From Scyliorhinus canicula (taxonomy: Eukaryota), in assembly GCF_902713615.1 (NCBI RefSeq), contig NC_052155.1, positions 117,143,031 to 117,207,030 on the forward strand: a stretch of DNA of 64,000 nt. The letters run 5' to 3'. Below, in pieces: positions 47,833 through 61,276 of this stretch. Each line of letters opens with the position of its first letter. Position 1 is the first letter of the stretch. The notes under the pieces are model-generated. The model was not told the DNA's origin, ran no database searches, and worked only from the letters and a program-made list of their open reading frames with translations. A program made the position numbers and the translations under genes.

Positions 47833-50800
47833 TGTAATGTTCTTGTCAGATGGCCTGATTTATATTACAAGAACACTTGTAGCCAAAGCTATAAACGATT
47901 TATTAACATTAACTGTGGGTCAAATATATACAAAACAACAGATGAATAACAGTATGAACATGCACAAACCACTATCTCTCTCTCAGCTCCCTAGTCAGTC
48001 TGAGGTCACCTGACTCTAACGTTTACTTATATACTGAGACTCTTAGTGATCACTCAGTGAATTACAACATAACCATGATATCACTACATCCCTTTTCCTT
48101 TGAAGGAATAAATTAATACATTATCAGTACATGTGATATCATCAGTCTGAGTTTAATAGTATAAATTTTTTTCTTTAAAATGTTAGTGTGTACAAATAGT
48201 CCAAATCTACAAATTGAGTTGATCAGGGTTTCTTCTGACTCTGGTTGATATTCTCAAAGTTTGACCTTGCTGCTCAGAACTTGTAGATTCAATGTTCTCC
48301 ATGACATTCTCATGTTGAGGAACTGCTGAACTATCTGACACTGCAGCTGACGTTGATTCTGACGTAGATTCATTATCCATCACGTTGTTGTGAAAGTCTT
48401 CTCTGGTTTTCAAGAGTGCGCAACGATTTCTTCTTAAAACCACCCCTTCCTCTGTCTGTACATTGTAGGAACAAGGTGCTACTTCTTCAAGTGCAATGGC
48501 TTTTCTCGATCAATTGCCTGATTTTTCTCCTCTCACAATGTCATCACTACTCAGAGGTGGTAACGTTTTAGACACTCTATCACAGATCTGCTATTGTTTC
48601 TCTTTCATGTTTTGCATTTCCTGCAATGCCACTGCATTCCCCTCCTTCTTTTCCAAGTATCGAAGTGTGGTACACAACCTTCTATTTATGAGTAACTCTG
48701 CTGGCAATCTGCCATGTGACAATGGTGACGCTCTGTTACTCAATAGTGCGAGATATGGATCAGATTGGCTGTCTATTGCCTTCTTCAACAATTCCTTGAT
48801 AATATATACACCTTTTTTGGCTTTGCCATTCATGTGACCGTGATTGAATTCAAACGTGATTGTGAAATGTTGCCACACCATACAGCCAAAACAAGGTCTG
48901 TTGTCACTCACAACGACTTGAGGAATTCAATGTGTAGTAGAAATTGACTTGATATGACTTGGTTGACTTGACACTGCTTGTCGTTATGCTTGACAGTAAG
49001 AGCCATTTCTATGATTAGTCTATGATTATTAAATAATCTTTCCCTCGTAGGTGAGATTCATAACTACTTACTGCCAGGGTGCCATAGGTAAATCAGATAC
49101 TTGCATTGGTTCGCTTGTTTGCTTGTAACAATGAGTCTGGCATGTGTCACAACAACTGACCATCCTGTCAATATCCTGGTTTATACCTGGCCAGTAAATA
49201 GAGCTACAAGCTTTCCGCTTACACTTCTCAATCCAGAGATGTCCTTCATGTATCCTTTTAAGTACTCCTTGAGAAGAGATTGAGATATAACTATAGTGTT
49301 CAAACAAAGTACCACTTCATTAATGATACCGAGTTCAGATTCTATATTGTAGAACTCCATACATTGACCTCTGGGCCAGTGTCAGTTGATGTTCCTCATC
49401 ATCACCTCTTGAAGAGTTTGATCCTTCCTGGTCTCTTCTTGGATCTCACCTAGTTTCATATCTGACACTGGTAGTAGTGTGGAACTAAGATTGACATGCA
49501 GTTCTACATCTTCAGCAATTTCACTACTAGTATTTTTATATTGGCTCTCTTGATAATGCATCTGCTAAGAACAAATATTTGCCTGACATGTAGATGAGAT
49601 TGAAGTCATAGCATTGTAACCTCGTATTGTGCTCTTCTATGGTTGAGCCCCAAATGGTGACAACATCCACATACATATGTACACTTTCGATTATGTGCTA
49701 CATGGCACGATGAAAAATTTCTGATGTTGAAATTATGTCAAACGACGTTCTCAGAAAGGAATACCATCCAAATGACATATTAAAAGTGCAATACTTTGTG
49801 TCTCTAGCTTTAGCTGCCAGAAACCTTGCGATGTATCAAGTTTCGTAAAGAATTATGCACCAGCCATCTCAGATGTGATTTCCTCATGCTTTGGTCTTTG
49901 CTAGTGTTTTCCTCTGCTATTCTCGTTAAGATCTTTGGAATACATACAAGATGCAAATATTGGCATTCTTTTTCTTTACACATACCATGGAATTTACCCA
50001 ATCTGTAGATTCTTGTATCTTTCTGATTACTTTTAATTTTGTCATTCTGTCTAGATCCTTTTTAGGTGATCCAGAAGAGGTGCAGGCTCCTCTTCTTGGT
50101 GCCTTTATCACAGGTTTGGCATCCTTTTTAAGTTGTATCTTGTAGGTGAATGGTAGTGCACCAGAACTTGTGAACACATCGCTGATAATGTTTTCAGAAT
50201 CATTGGATCTAATTGTTTGTGGATGCTATATACCAACTGCACTAGACCTAATTCTTCACAGGACTGATCACCTAATTGTGAATCCAAGCTCTCAGATACA
50301 ATACAGAATGGGACTGTCACAACCACACTCAGGTCACAAGCATTTAATGCTTGACCCATTATAATCTCTCGGAGATATTTTGTGATTTCTTCGAATCAGC
50401 TGAACTTTTAGATTTTTAAATCCGTCATACTGATTAAATTGGCTTTGGCACCAGTGTCTAACTTCAACCGGACCACTGTCCTGTTCACTTCTGTGGTAGC
50501 AGCCATTTGTCCTCATCAACCACATTTGTTTTAAATGAGCATTAGTTTGCATTTTTTAAAGTGCTGGAGAATTTTTTGATGTCTGCAAAATATTATTCTT
50601 CAGATGTTTCATCAGTAGAGACTATGTCTTCCACTATGCTGACTGATCTGATGTTGAGTAACAATTCCAAGCAAAGTGATTTTTTTTTTCCTTTGCACCT
50701 GGAACAAGCTTGCGAAACGCTGGACGCTGCCTTAATTTGTGCCTTTGACCACATATTTTACACAGAAATACTTTGTCCTGATCTTTAACTTGTCTGTTGG

Positions 50801-51887
50801 TGTGCGAGAAGCTACAGGAACTTTCCCACCTTTTTTGGGAACTTTCCCACCTTTTTGGAAAAAGGGTGGCAACCGGAGTGCTTTCCTCCAAGAAGACGCT
50901 GCCATTACTGAGAAACATTTTAGAATGTTGTGCTGCTAGCTCATGAGCCTGACAAATCATAACTATTTGTTCCAAGGACAGCTCTGATTCCCTCAGCAAC
51001 CGTTCCCTCAGCTTATCTTCATTCACACCAAACACAATTTGGTCCCGAATCATGTAAGATTCCACCGTTAAAAAATTACAGGTTTTAGCTTTTAACATCA
51101 AATCAGTGATGAAATGATCTATGGACTGTTCTGTCTTCTGTAAACATGGTCTAAACACATGCCTTTCATAAATTTCACTCTTTTTGAGGATGTAATGTTC
51201 ATCAAATCTTTGAATTACTTCCTTAAAATTTTTACTATCTTCATCGTTTGCAAATTTAGACGTATTAAACACAGCAATTGCTTCAGGTCCTGCCGCTGTT
51301 AGGAGCATCGCTACCGTACGCAAATTTAATTGATCTCCTAAATTTACTGCAGTAGGGAACATTAAATTTTTGTTTTAACACACGGCAGTTGTTGTCCACA
51401 TTACCATGAAATCTGAGACTCATTGGTAGCTTCGAGGATTCCATGTTGTTAATTCTGGCAGTCTGCAAATTCTTCAAATCTCCGTGAACCTTGTGGCAGA
51501 TTGTTTCCCAGTGTTTAATACCATCCAGCCCTGGTAACATTTAATGTTCTTGTCGGATGGCCTGATTTATATTACAAGAACACTTGTATCTAAAGCTATA
51601 AACAATTTATTATCTTTTAATTGTGGGACAAACTGTGGGCCAAAGTGTGGTGCCAACTAGGGGCTTTTCACAGTAACTTCATTGCAATGTAAGCCTACTT
51701 GTGACAATACAGATTATTAAATTAAACAAAACAACAGATGAATAACAGTATAAACATGCACAAACCACTGTCTCTCTCTCAGCTCCATAGTCAGTCTAAG
51801 GTCACCAGACTCTAGCATTCACTTGTGTACTAATGAGACTCCTAGTGGTCAGTTAGTGAATTACAACACAACCATGATATCACTACA
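47833..51887 (-). mobile_element. Gypsy LTR retrotransposon with both LTRs and decayed gag-pol
   Basis: LTRs 47833-48088 and 51540-51887; TSD gcctc; PPT next to 48089; PBS-like tgttaccagg. gag 50634-51430 (MIRDQIVFG), RT (DWVNSMVCV), integrase (IHEGH..YWPGI..CDTC). Confidence 0.93.
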
Positions 51888-52417
51888 GCCTCCTCGACAA
51901 ACTCCAGTGCAATTGCACTACAGCAGTATGGCAACTTCATGCTGCAGAATACTGCAGTCTGGAAATTATCCTGTGAATTATTGTTTAAATACTTATGGGA
52001 ATTGCATCAAATTATCTTGTCATTCAAAGAAGTTGCTAAAACATTCCAAAGCTCTCACAGGGGTATAAAATCATACTATGACAAAGCTTGGTCAAAGATT
52101 GGAGTTTTAAGGAGGGTCTAAAAGGAGACAGGTGAACTGGTTTAGAGAGGATATTTCAGAGCTTAAGGCCTACATGGTTGGAGGCCCAGCAGCTAATAGT
52201 GGGGCAATGGGGCAGAATTGCATGCCACCGGCTGGTGTGCCAGTTTCCCACTCCATCTCACCTCCAGGTTATTCTCCTGGAGGGAGGATACGGAAAGCAG
52301 CAGGGATACCCACTGCCAAGTGATGGTTTCTTCAGTGCTAGAGGTCCTCTTATTGGCCCCTTCAGTTTTCAATAGCCCACCTGCCGCACCTAACTAGATG
52401 ACGAGCTAGTCTTCTGT

Positions 52418-52720
52418 CACAGTGGTTAGCACTGTTGCGTCACAACGCCAGGGCCCCAGGTTCGATTCCCCCTTGGGTCACTGTCTGTATGGAGTCTGCA
52501 CATTCTCCCCATGTCTGCGTGGGTTTCCTCCGGGTGCTCCAGTTTTCTCCCACAGTCCCAAAAGACGTGCTGTTAGGTGAATTGGATATTCTGAATTCTC
52601 CCTCAGTGTACCCGAACAGGGTGCCGGAATGTGGCGTCTAGAGGCTTTTCACAGTAACCTCATTGCAGTGTTAATGTAAGCCTACTTGTGAAAATAATAA
52701 AGATTATTAGATTATTATTA
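52418..52720 (+). mobile_element. V-SINE with Rex/Babar-like tail
   Basis: V-core then cttttcacagtaacctcattgcagtgttaatgtaagcctacttgtg. Confidence 0.88.
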
Positions 52721-52965
52721 ATTTGGGGAATATCACAGCTGGGTGAGTATCCCCACAAATTGCAGGTTTCTGACCCCATTTGTCCATCGTGGCAGGGTTC
52801 TGCAGTGTGCAAGAAAAATCTCTCTCAGGGACAGGTTATGCCTTGGGAGGATTTGAATGTGAAGTTGTGAATTTTAAACATTAATGCATTGGAGGAATTC
52901 AGGCATTTAAACTTAAGGTTTGTGTTGATATAGCTGCAAAATTTGATGTACAATACTAAACAATA

Positions 52966-53140
52966 GGGGTGGGTTTAGCACAGTGGGCTAAACAGCTGGC
53001 TTGAAATGCAGAACAAAGCAGCAGTGCGGGTTCAATTCCGGTATCAGCCTCCCCGAACAGGCGCCAGAATGTGGCGACTAGGGGCTTTTCACAGTAACTT
53101 CACTGAAGCCTACTTGTGATAATATGCGATTATTATTATT
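52966..53140 (+). mobile_element. Short tRNA-headed SINE with Rex/Babar-like tail
   Basis: Same family as 18270 and 47400; (tta)n end. Confidence 0.88.
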
Positions 53141-54425
53141 AAACAATATTGATAAGAAAATCCCAGGCTTTTAACTGTGGTAATACAAACTGTAATGTGA
53201 CATAAATTTCAACAAGCAGGCCCTAAACAATCATTCTTGAGGACCAGTGCGGCCAGCATTTGCTATTGGCACGGTCATGTGATAACTATGGCAACTTAGG
53301 TCGGGTAGTGACTGATCGGACTGACAACACTGAGATCAAAGAAAGAGTAGCTGATATAGCCAGCCATCTATTAAAACAGCCAACCATATATTTAAACAAT
53401 CACTGTTTCCATTTCTAAACAAATTCAGTTATCATTATTATTAAACTGCTGATCGCTCGCAGAGCTACCTGAACAACAGAAGAGATAACTGGGTTTTTTA
53501 ATCTGGACCAAATTCAAACTGAAGCATTGAATTTTAATTTGTAGGAAGCTTGAACGAATAAAATGAAAATAAGGCAGAAAAAAATGCAACATTTAGAATC
53601 TCCTAAAATAATTCACAATCTGAGGAAATGGCTCCACACTTATAATACGTCATTTTCAGTTCCATAGAACTCAACTGGCAGTTACTAATATTCATCATAT
53701 CATTAAAAGAGTACTTACCTTTGTAATTACTAGCCCATAATATCACAGGCTTCCAGGGTTGCTTTGATGAAAATGCTTGCTGATGTATGTGAATTCCTGG
53801 ACCAAAAATGACTGGCAGAACAACCCAAAATCTCAAATCAAGAAGGCAGCATTCCACCCAGCTCAAGGCTGACATCCAAGGACAAATCCACAAGGTCAAA
53901 GGCTAAGCAGTGAGAAGAAAAAACCCAAGAGATCCAACCATATGCTGACCATCAAGGCATGCAATGCATTTCTGAAGCCAACAGAGCTATCTACAGATCA
54001 AGGCCAATGGACAAATCCCCTTTGCTCACTGGATGTGGATGTTGTCTCCCTAATGCAACCCATCAACACTGGAAAGATTATTTTGAATGACTCCTCAACC
54101 GTGAATCCACAGTGGCAGCTGATATTCCCCAAGCAATTTCCCCAGTAACCTGTGGTAGATTCCAGGAGTGGACTGCCATCATTGGGAGAACTGCAACAAG
54201 CAATCAAATGGATGAAAAACAACATAGCCTGGGGCCCTAATGGTATTCCAGCTGAGGTCTTCAAAGCTGGTGGGCTTTTGCTCACATCAGGACTTGATGA
54301 GTTTTCTTTGGATTTGAGAGGTAAAAGAAATACTTCCTCCACCCAACTTCAGGAATGTGACAATTGTAACTATCTTCAAAAATGGAGATAAATCATACTA
54401 TGGAACTATTGAGATCTTTCCCTCT

Positions 54426-54725
54426 GGGCGACACAGTAGCAGTGTTAGCACTGTTGCTTCACAGGGCCAGGGACCCGGGTTCGATACCCGTCTTGGGTCA
54501 CTGTCTGTGTGAAGTCTACACATTCTCCCTGTATCTGTGTGGGTTTCCTCCGGGCGCTCCGCTTTCCTCCCACAAGCCCTACAAGATGTGCTTGTCAGAT
54601 GAATTGGAAATTCTGAATTCTCCCTTAGTGGACATGAACAGGTGCTGGAGCATGGCAACTCGGGGATTTTCACAGTAACTTTATTGCAGTGTTAAAGTAA
54701 GCCTACTTGTGACACAGATTATTAT
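54426..54725 (+). mobile_element. V-SINE with Rex/Babar-like tail
   Basis: Head, V-core and tail as in the 52418 copy. Confidence 0.85.
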
Positions 54726-55774
54726 CCTAACAAATTCTCCTGTATTGCCTACTTCCTGTGGCTGAGCTGGGAAATTCTTCAGGAGAAAGTCTGGATTTAG
54801 ACCATCCTGAGGAATCTCTGACATAGTCTTTATTGCCAGACAAATCCAAGAAAAATGTTAAGTACACCAGGAACTCTCTATTGAATTCATCAGTCTGACC
54901 AAAGCATTTGATTCAGTAAATCATAAGGCTCTGTGAAATGCCTTTCAAAGATTTGGATGCCAAAGAAACCTCATCGCAATCTTACAATTGCTTCACTATG
55001 ATTGGACTGCAACTGTCTCGGAAACCGGATACAACTCCCTTCAAACTATGGAACAGGGTCAACCAACGCTGTGTGATAACCCCATATGATCTACCTAACA
55101 CTGACTATTTACTTCAAAGATCAACTGCTCTCCGACATTAGTGTTAAATACCACCACATCAAGATGAAAAATCCTTCAACCATGGTCACCTCCCTGTCAA
55201 AACTGAACAGATCACCTTAGACATACATGATCTGTAGTTTCCAGATGATTGCAGTGTCGTTGCCCACTCTGCGCCACATTTGCAAGCCACTCTTGATGTC
55301 TTCAATTCTGCACACAACAGAATTCGCTTGACCTTGAATATTGCCGAAATAAAACTCAAATCAACCCAAATCTAGTCAACCAAATATTCAACCTCCCATT
55401 TATATTCAAGGAGAGACTCTGGAGTATCTTCAGCACCTCCCATGCTCCCGCAGCCAACTCTCTCTAAACATTCCATCATCAGTGAAGTGATCTAACACTG
55501 GAACAGCTGCACCAGGTCAGCCGTCTATTAACTATGGCTGCAAGTGTCTGACCGTCACATGTTAACAGAAAACCTAATGCACAGAACAACTGTTGTCACC
55601 ACAGTCCTGTACTGCAGTGAGACCTGGACTGTGCATCAGTGACAGATAACGGTAACAGACAAATTCCATCAGCAACACCTTTGCTACATCCTCTGACTTC
55701 ATGGGAGGACTGGCAAACAAAAGCTTGTGTCCTTCTTGAAGCCAGCTCCACAAGTGTTTAGGCGAAACTCATTG

Positions 55775-56080
55775 GAGTATAGAAGATTGAGAAATGATCT
55801 TATTGAAGCATATAAATCTGGATGAGACTTCACAGGGTGGATGCTGAAATGTCCATGTGGGATAGCCTAGAACAGTTTACAAATAAGGGGTCTCCCACTT
55901 AAGATGGATGTAAATATGTCTTTTCTCTCAGAGTCTTGAACCTTTGGAACTGTCTTCCCAAGAGAACGGTGGAGCAGGGTCAATTAATATTTTGGATAGA
56001 TTCATGGCTAACAAAGGAGTCAAAGGTTATTGGGGGAAGAAGCAGAATTTGGAGTGGAGACCACAATCAGATCTACTCCT
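55775..56080 (+). mobile_element. CR1 3' fragment inserted in the RTE
   Basis: agaagattgagaaatgatcttattgaagc (RRLRNDLIE) and NLWNCLP. Confidence 0.7.
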
Positions 56081-56770
56081 GCTCATATTCACATGTTCGT
56101 ATGTATATTCATAAAACTCCTGCAAAGTCAACTACAATGCACTGGACACTGTGCCAGGATCGCTGAAATCCATCATCCCTGCCAGGTCCTCAACTCAAAT
56201 GGCCAGCATTCCGAGGAAGATAAACCAAATACTTCAAAGGCACTCAGAAGCTCTCCCTGAAGCATGGCAACATTGACATTAATGACTGGAAAGAGCTTGC
56301 TATCAATCATTCAAAATAGCGATAACACGTCCATCAAACTGCATCATGCTTTGAATATAAATGCCTTAATGATGAGGCAAAGCAGTGGCAGGGAATAAAA
56401 GCAAAGGAAACAAATCCTACACTTCAGACCCCACTACCTCCTGAGGTGTCCTATGCGATATGCCTAAAGATCTATGGGTTGAGAATCGGCCTGTTCAGTC
56501 ATATGGAGACCTGTCACGACTACATAAAAGCTATTTCCTTAAAGTGGTCCGTGAGCTCAGAATTTGTGTGTCTGTCGCTCCCTTTTAATTTGAGTTTAAA
56601 AGTAATTTTAAAATAACCCAGCAGCCAAGCTTTATTCTTCAACAAGATAAAGATTAGTTTATTACAAAACTACTGCTGAAAGTTACATCAGTAAAAATGA
56701 TGAAGCTATTAACTAAGATACAGGCACAAAAATTCAAATACAGATAAAGAAAAAAAATAATTAAGAGGAT

Positions 56771-57579
56771 GGGCACGATCTGCCTAGATGGAAACAGAGA
56801 CCCATATAGCGAGTGTTTAGCCTGGTGTTTTCCTGCACTGGAAGCACTGAGAAACAGCACGCTATCGAACGCCCATTCGGGTAGATACTGGAACGTGCCG
56901 ACGATGCCGCACTTAGTCACGTTTTCTGCACTGGGAGCTCCGCTCACCGGAACTCTTAGTGCAGCAGGAGATCGGTAAAATGGCGACCCAATCTCTCGAT
57001 CCCCCAGTGTGATGCCCCTCCAAGCCTGACCCCCCCCCCATGCGACACCCAAACCCTCAACTCACTTATAAGGGGTCCAAAAGTCCACACGCACAGAGGT
57101 TCCCCGGGCCCGATCTCAGTCACAGGAAAAATGCCAGCTTGGCACCGTGGCACTGCCAGCCTGACAATGACCCTGTCAGCTGGGTAGTGCCAGGCTTGCA
57201 TCCAGGTGGCAGTGCCAAGATACCAGGGTGCCACCCTGCCCAGAGGACAAGCGCTGGGGGCCTCCGATTTGCTGGGAGACCTCCACGAGTGCCTTTCTGT
57301 CTGGTCACAGTTTGAGGAGACCAGCACTGAATGGCACTCACCCTAGATCTCCAAGGCAAGGGGGTTAGATCCCAGAGTGCACATTAGAGTGAGATTAGCT
57401 GTCTCACTGTAATATGCAGATTTGTTAAAAAGTGATCCGATCCACATTGAGCGGCATTCACATCGCAATATCTTGCGAGATTGTGTTAGATCTCTGGAGA
57501 CATGGCGAGCCGGGTAGATTCTGGAAAAAGGATCTCCTGATATCTACTGCCTTTTGGGCACAGCAGTTAGATCACACCT
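56771..57579. mobile_element. Harbinger-type MITE
   Basis: Ends gggcacgatct / agatcacacct; GC-rich internally quasi-palindromic body. Confidence 0.55.
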
Positions 57580-57961
57580 GGTATTTTAAAATCAATACCC
57601 GTGAGAGTTCTTTGCGGGCCCATTGCTTGAATTCCTTCTTTCTGGAGTGAAGGAGTTGAAACTGGACGTTCAGTTTAGCACCTACGATTGCTTCTGCAGT
57701 TGACTCGTCAGCATTTGCCTATTTTTGGTGGACTCACAGGTCAAGCAGGGTCTTGAAGGGGAGGTTTCTTGTTCCTCATTAGTTCTGCAGTTACGACGCT
57801 TGACAGTTGCCTGGTCCTGTTCAGCAGAACAGCAGTTGGTTTCTTAATACCTTCTTCTTTGACTCCCAAGGATACAATGGGCATCCCTGGAGGAGTATCT
57901 TGCATTTTAATGACTCTTCGCAGCCAACTCACAAGATATGAGTTTGACAAGGGTTAAGCTA

Positions 57962-58397
57962 TGATGTGGCGATGCCGGCGTTGGACAGGGCTGAGCACAG
58001 TAAGAAGTCTTACAACACCAGGTTAAAGTCCAACAGGTTTGTTTCAAATCACTAGCTTTCGGAGCACTGCTCCTTCCTCAGGTGAATGAAGAGGTATGTT
58101 CCAGAAACATATATATAGACAAAGTCAAAGATGCAAGACAATGCTTAGAATGCGAGCATTTACAGGTAATTAAGTCCTTACAGATCCAGAGATAGGGGTA
58201 ACCCAGGTTAAAGAGGTGTGAATTGTCTCAAGCCAGGACAGTTGGTAGGATTTCGCAAGCCCAGGCCACCATCTGGCTTGAGACAATTCACATCTCTTTA
58301 ACCTGCGGTTACCCCTATCTCTTGATCTCTAAAGACTTAATTACCGGCAAATGCTCGCATTCAAAGTGTTGTCTTGCATATTTGACTTTGTCTATAT
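57962..58397 (-). mobile_element. Penelope-like element terminal repeat with partial inverted copy
   Basis: 13-bp TSD aagggttaagcta (57949-57961, 58398-58410); inverted arms 58113-58236 and 58273-58397; contains a hammerhead core. Confidence 0.85.
58049..58085 (-). ncRNA. Minimal type I hammerhead ribozyme motif
   Basis: UCAC CUGAGGA A GGAGC-AGU-GCUCC GAAA GC UA GUGA: CUGANGA and GAAA cores, stem I UCAC/GUGA, 5-bp stem II, palindromic AGCU stem III. Confidence 0.75.
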
Positions 58398-59899
58398 AAG
58401 GGTTAAGCTAACACAGAAAGGTGCCATGTTGCCAGGCCATACTTCCATTTTGAAAAAGGCTTTTAAACTCGAATGTTAAAGTAGCCTTAAAACATCCGTC
58501 CTTAAAATCGGTAATATCATATTTACATTTGTGAGAAGACCATGGCATAAACTCACGACACTTGAGAAAACATCATCCTCAATTCAAGGGATCGCTGCCG
58601 ACGACGATGATGATACTGGCAGCAAAGCAGCGTTATCTTGGATTTTTTTAGTGATATAATCCTAGAGGCCCATTCTGCAGAGTTTACAGATAACACTAAA
58701 TGTTCTTTTTGATTTTGCTAAATTTAGAAGCATGGAATTATAAAGAGACATAATCAGCATGCATACATGGCATAGCTGCTACTTAAAATGCCAAAATTCC
58801 TGTTCTACCAGTCTGCAGTACCGCCTCACTAAAAGTCAGCAAGTTAACAGTATGCATGCCATTTTCAACTGATTGTATGTATAACCACATTTACATCTGA
58901 AGGGCTCATTAGGAAAAATAACTCGTTTGCACAGCATCACTCAAATGGTCTTATGCAGAGTACATTGATTCCATGGGGTTGGCAGCACCGCGGGCTGCTA
59001 ACTCCATGGGTGTCTCCAATGATATCAAATAAAGAGAAGCTCATGGACATGCAGAAAGCAGCCTGTGGTGCAGTCTGCTCTCATGAATCAATGCAGGCAC
59101 AAGACAAACAAATGTCTTCCCCAGAGAACGTAAAGCACAGAAACAGACCATTTGGCCCATATCAATGCTTATGCTCCAAATGAGGCTCATCCCTCCCTAC
59201 TTCACCTAACTCTATTAGCTTAACCTTCTGTTCATTTACTACTTTTGATCAATAATGGCTTTATGATTAATAGAAATTTAAATCTCAGGAAATTAAAAAT
59301 TTGCTGTCTCTTTACGACAGATTGGTTACCATAAATCAGTATATATGAATGCAGTTCTTTTCTCAAGCAAATCTCTTTCTGAGAATAAGATATTCTGCAG
59401 TCATCTATGTAATTACATAATATATACTGAAAATCTCATCATTCCTCAGTGATCAGGAATTAATTACCATACATGACCTCTTATCATGCTACTTTCCATT
59501 GTTAAAATTAGATCACTGCTGTCACCACTGAATACGGACTAAGGAACTTTTGAGTTGGCGATACTTAATCCTGGTAATTGGTTTCCTGAAATGTATACTG
59601 ACGTTCTGCAGAGGAAAATATGTGAATTTGGGCATATAAAATTTCATACCGGTAAGGTTTGCTTGGCAAATTAGGTTTGCAATCCAATTTGATGAGCTTG
59701 GGTTCAAGAATAACAAACCAAGATCTACAGATCCCTTCACCTCTCACAAATTTACCAAAACATTTAAGATTTAGTTAGCACACATCAGTGCAATATTTTA
59801 TGATGTTATTTCTCTGGCTGTCCCACCTTACCAAAGCAGCAACGTTGGTAGCTGTTTACATAGCTGTGTATGATTTTTTAAAAGCTTAAGAAGCTCTCC

Positions 59900-60423
59900 A
59901 GTGCCTCCACAGAAGAATGTGGAGGCTTTGGAGAGGGTGCAGAAGAGATTTACCAGGATGTTGCCTGATATAGAGGGCATTTGCTATGAGGAGATGTTGA
60001 ATAAACTCGGTTTATTCTCACTGGAACGACGGAGGTTGAGGGGCGACCTGATGGAGGTCCACAAAATGATGAGGGGCATAGACAGAGTGGATAGTCAAAG
60101 GCTTTTTCCCAGGGTAGAGGGGTCAATTACTTGGGGGCAAAGTTTAAGATGTGAGGGGAAAGGTTTAGAGGAGATGTACGAGGCAAGTTTTTTACACAGA
60201 GGGTAGTGGGTGCCTGGAGCTCGCTGCCGGAGGAGGTGGTGGAAGTAGGGACGATAGTGACGTTTAAGGAGCGTCTTGACAAATACATGAATATGATGGG
60301 AATAGAGGGATACAGACCCCGGAAGTGTAGAAGATTTTAGTTTAGATGGGCAGCATGGTCGGCGCAGGCTTGGAGGGCCGAAGAGCCTGTTCCTGTGCTG
60401 TACTTTTCTTTGGTCTTTGTTCT
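59900..60423 (+). mobile_element. CR1 (HER1-like) 3' fragment
   Basis: VEALERVQKRFTRML...RRLRGDL; tail gagggccgaagagcctgttcctgtgctgtac. Confidence 0.9.
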
Positions 60424-61276
60424 AAATCTAGCTGCATGCTAGGTCCAATGGTGACTGGCCGAGGATTTGTCATGGCCTCAGCATCCGGTGGGCATGGCGA
60501 GTGAGAGGGTAAGTCTGGCGGGTACTCTGTCCCCACCATTTTTTGGATGAATGCCTCAGAGTACTGGTGGATGAGATCTCCACCAAGGGTGGGACATTTT
60601 TTTGATGCCACGAGATGGCAGGAGGGGGCAGGGGAATGCATAAAACATGCAACCACCTAGAATTTATGAATTAAACGACCTTTGCTAAGAGCATATATTA
60701 ATCAATTTTCGATCAAAGCAATCAAAAGTACAAGCCAGGTTATGATAAGATTGATTGTGAGTGTTTTAATTTTGGCTCTGAAGTGGCTACAATGGAGTCT
60801 GGAACATTAGTAGAATCACTCCTCACAATTGATCATCTGATGTGCATAGCTTCTTCTATTTCATCATCTATCTCTCAGGCAACAATCAACAATACAGAAT
60901 ACTTGAAAAGGGGAAAGGCAGATGACTTCCCAAATAGTTAATAGAAACATTTTGCTCAGCCATCCACCTACACATGATGTGGTACAGGATGGGATCACTT
61001 GTTTTTGGGAGTTGCCTTGGTGTATTTCATAGTGCCTTGGGGCTCAGATATCTAATATAACAATTAAACATACACTTGCATTAATTTGCATATAAATTGG
61101 AAGTTGTTGATACTAACGGACCTGGATTTATTGACCAACACTAAGAAGAACCTTTTATAAACGCTCTGGCCCCCCAAAAAATCAAAACAAGGTAAACCTA
61201 CAAATTAGATGTCGATGCATAAAAAGGCCTGGGCTACCTTCTGCGGAATGACAGATTACCAGGGATCGAGAGTCCA

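Larger units (their letters stand above)
53750..56511 (+). mobile_element. Decayed RTE-clade LINE (3' tip displaced to 58561-58614)
   Basis: ELQQAIKWMKNNIAWGPNGIPAEVFKAGG, LTKAFDSVNH, FPDD, ETWT and C-terminal RIGLFSH; (gat)n tail at about 58600. Confidence 0.8.
56512..58560 (-). mobile_element. Probable solo LTR with two nested inserts
   Basis: tgtcacga...tcacgaca ends interrupt the RTE 3' end; no clear TSD. Confidence 0.5.

Noticed and set aside
52966-53050. tRNA gene
   Set aside because: The tRNA-like fold continues into a LINE-derived tail and recurs at 18270 and 47400, so it is a SINE head.
53712-53722. Strong minus-strand donor AAG|GTAAGT as another JPH1 exon
   Set aside because: No junctophilin-like coding upstream; it abuts a decayed RTE.
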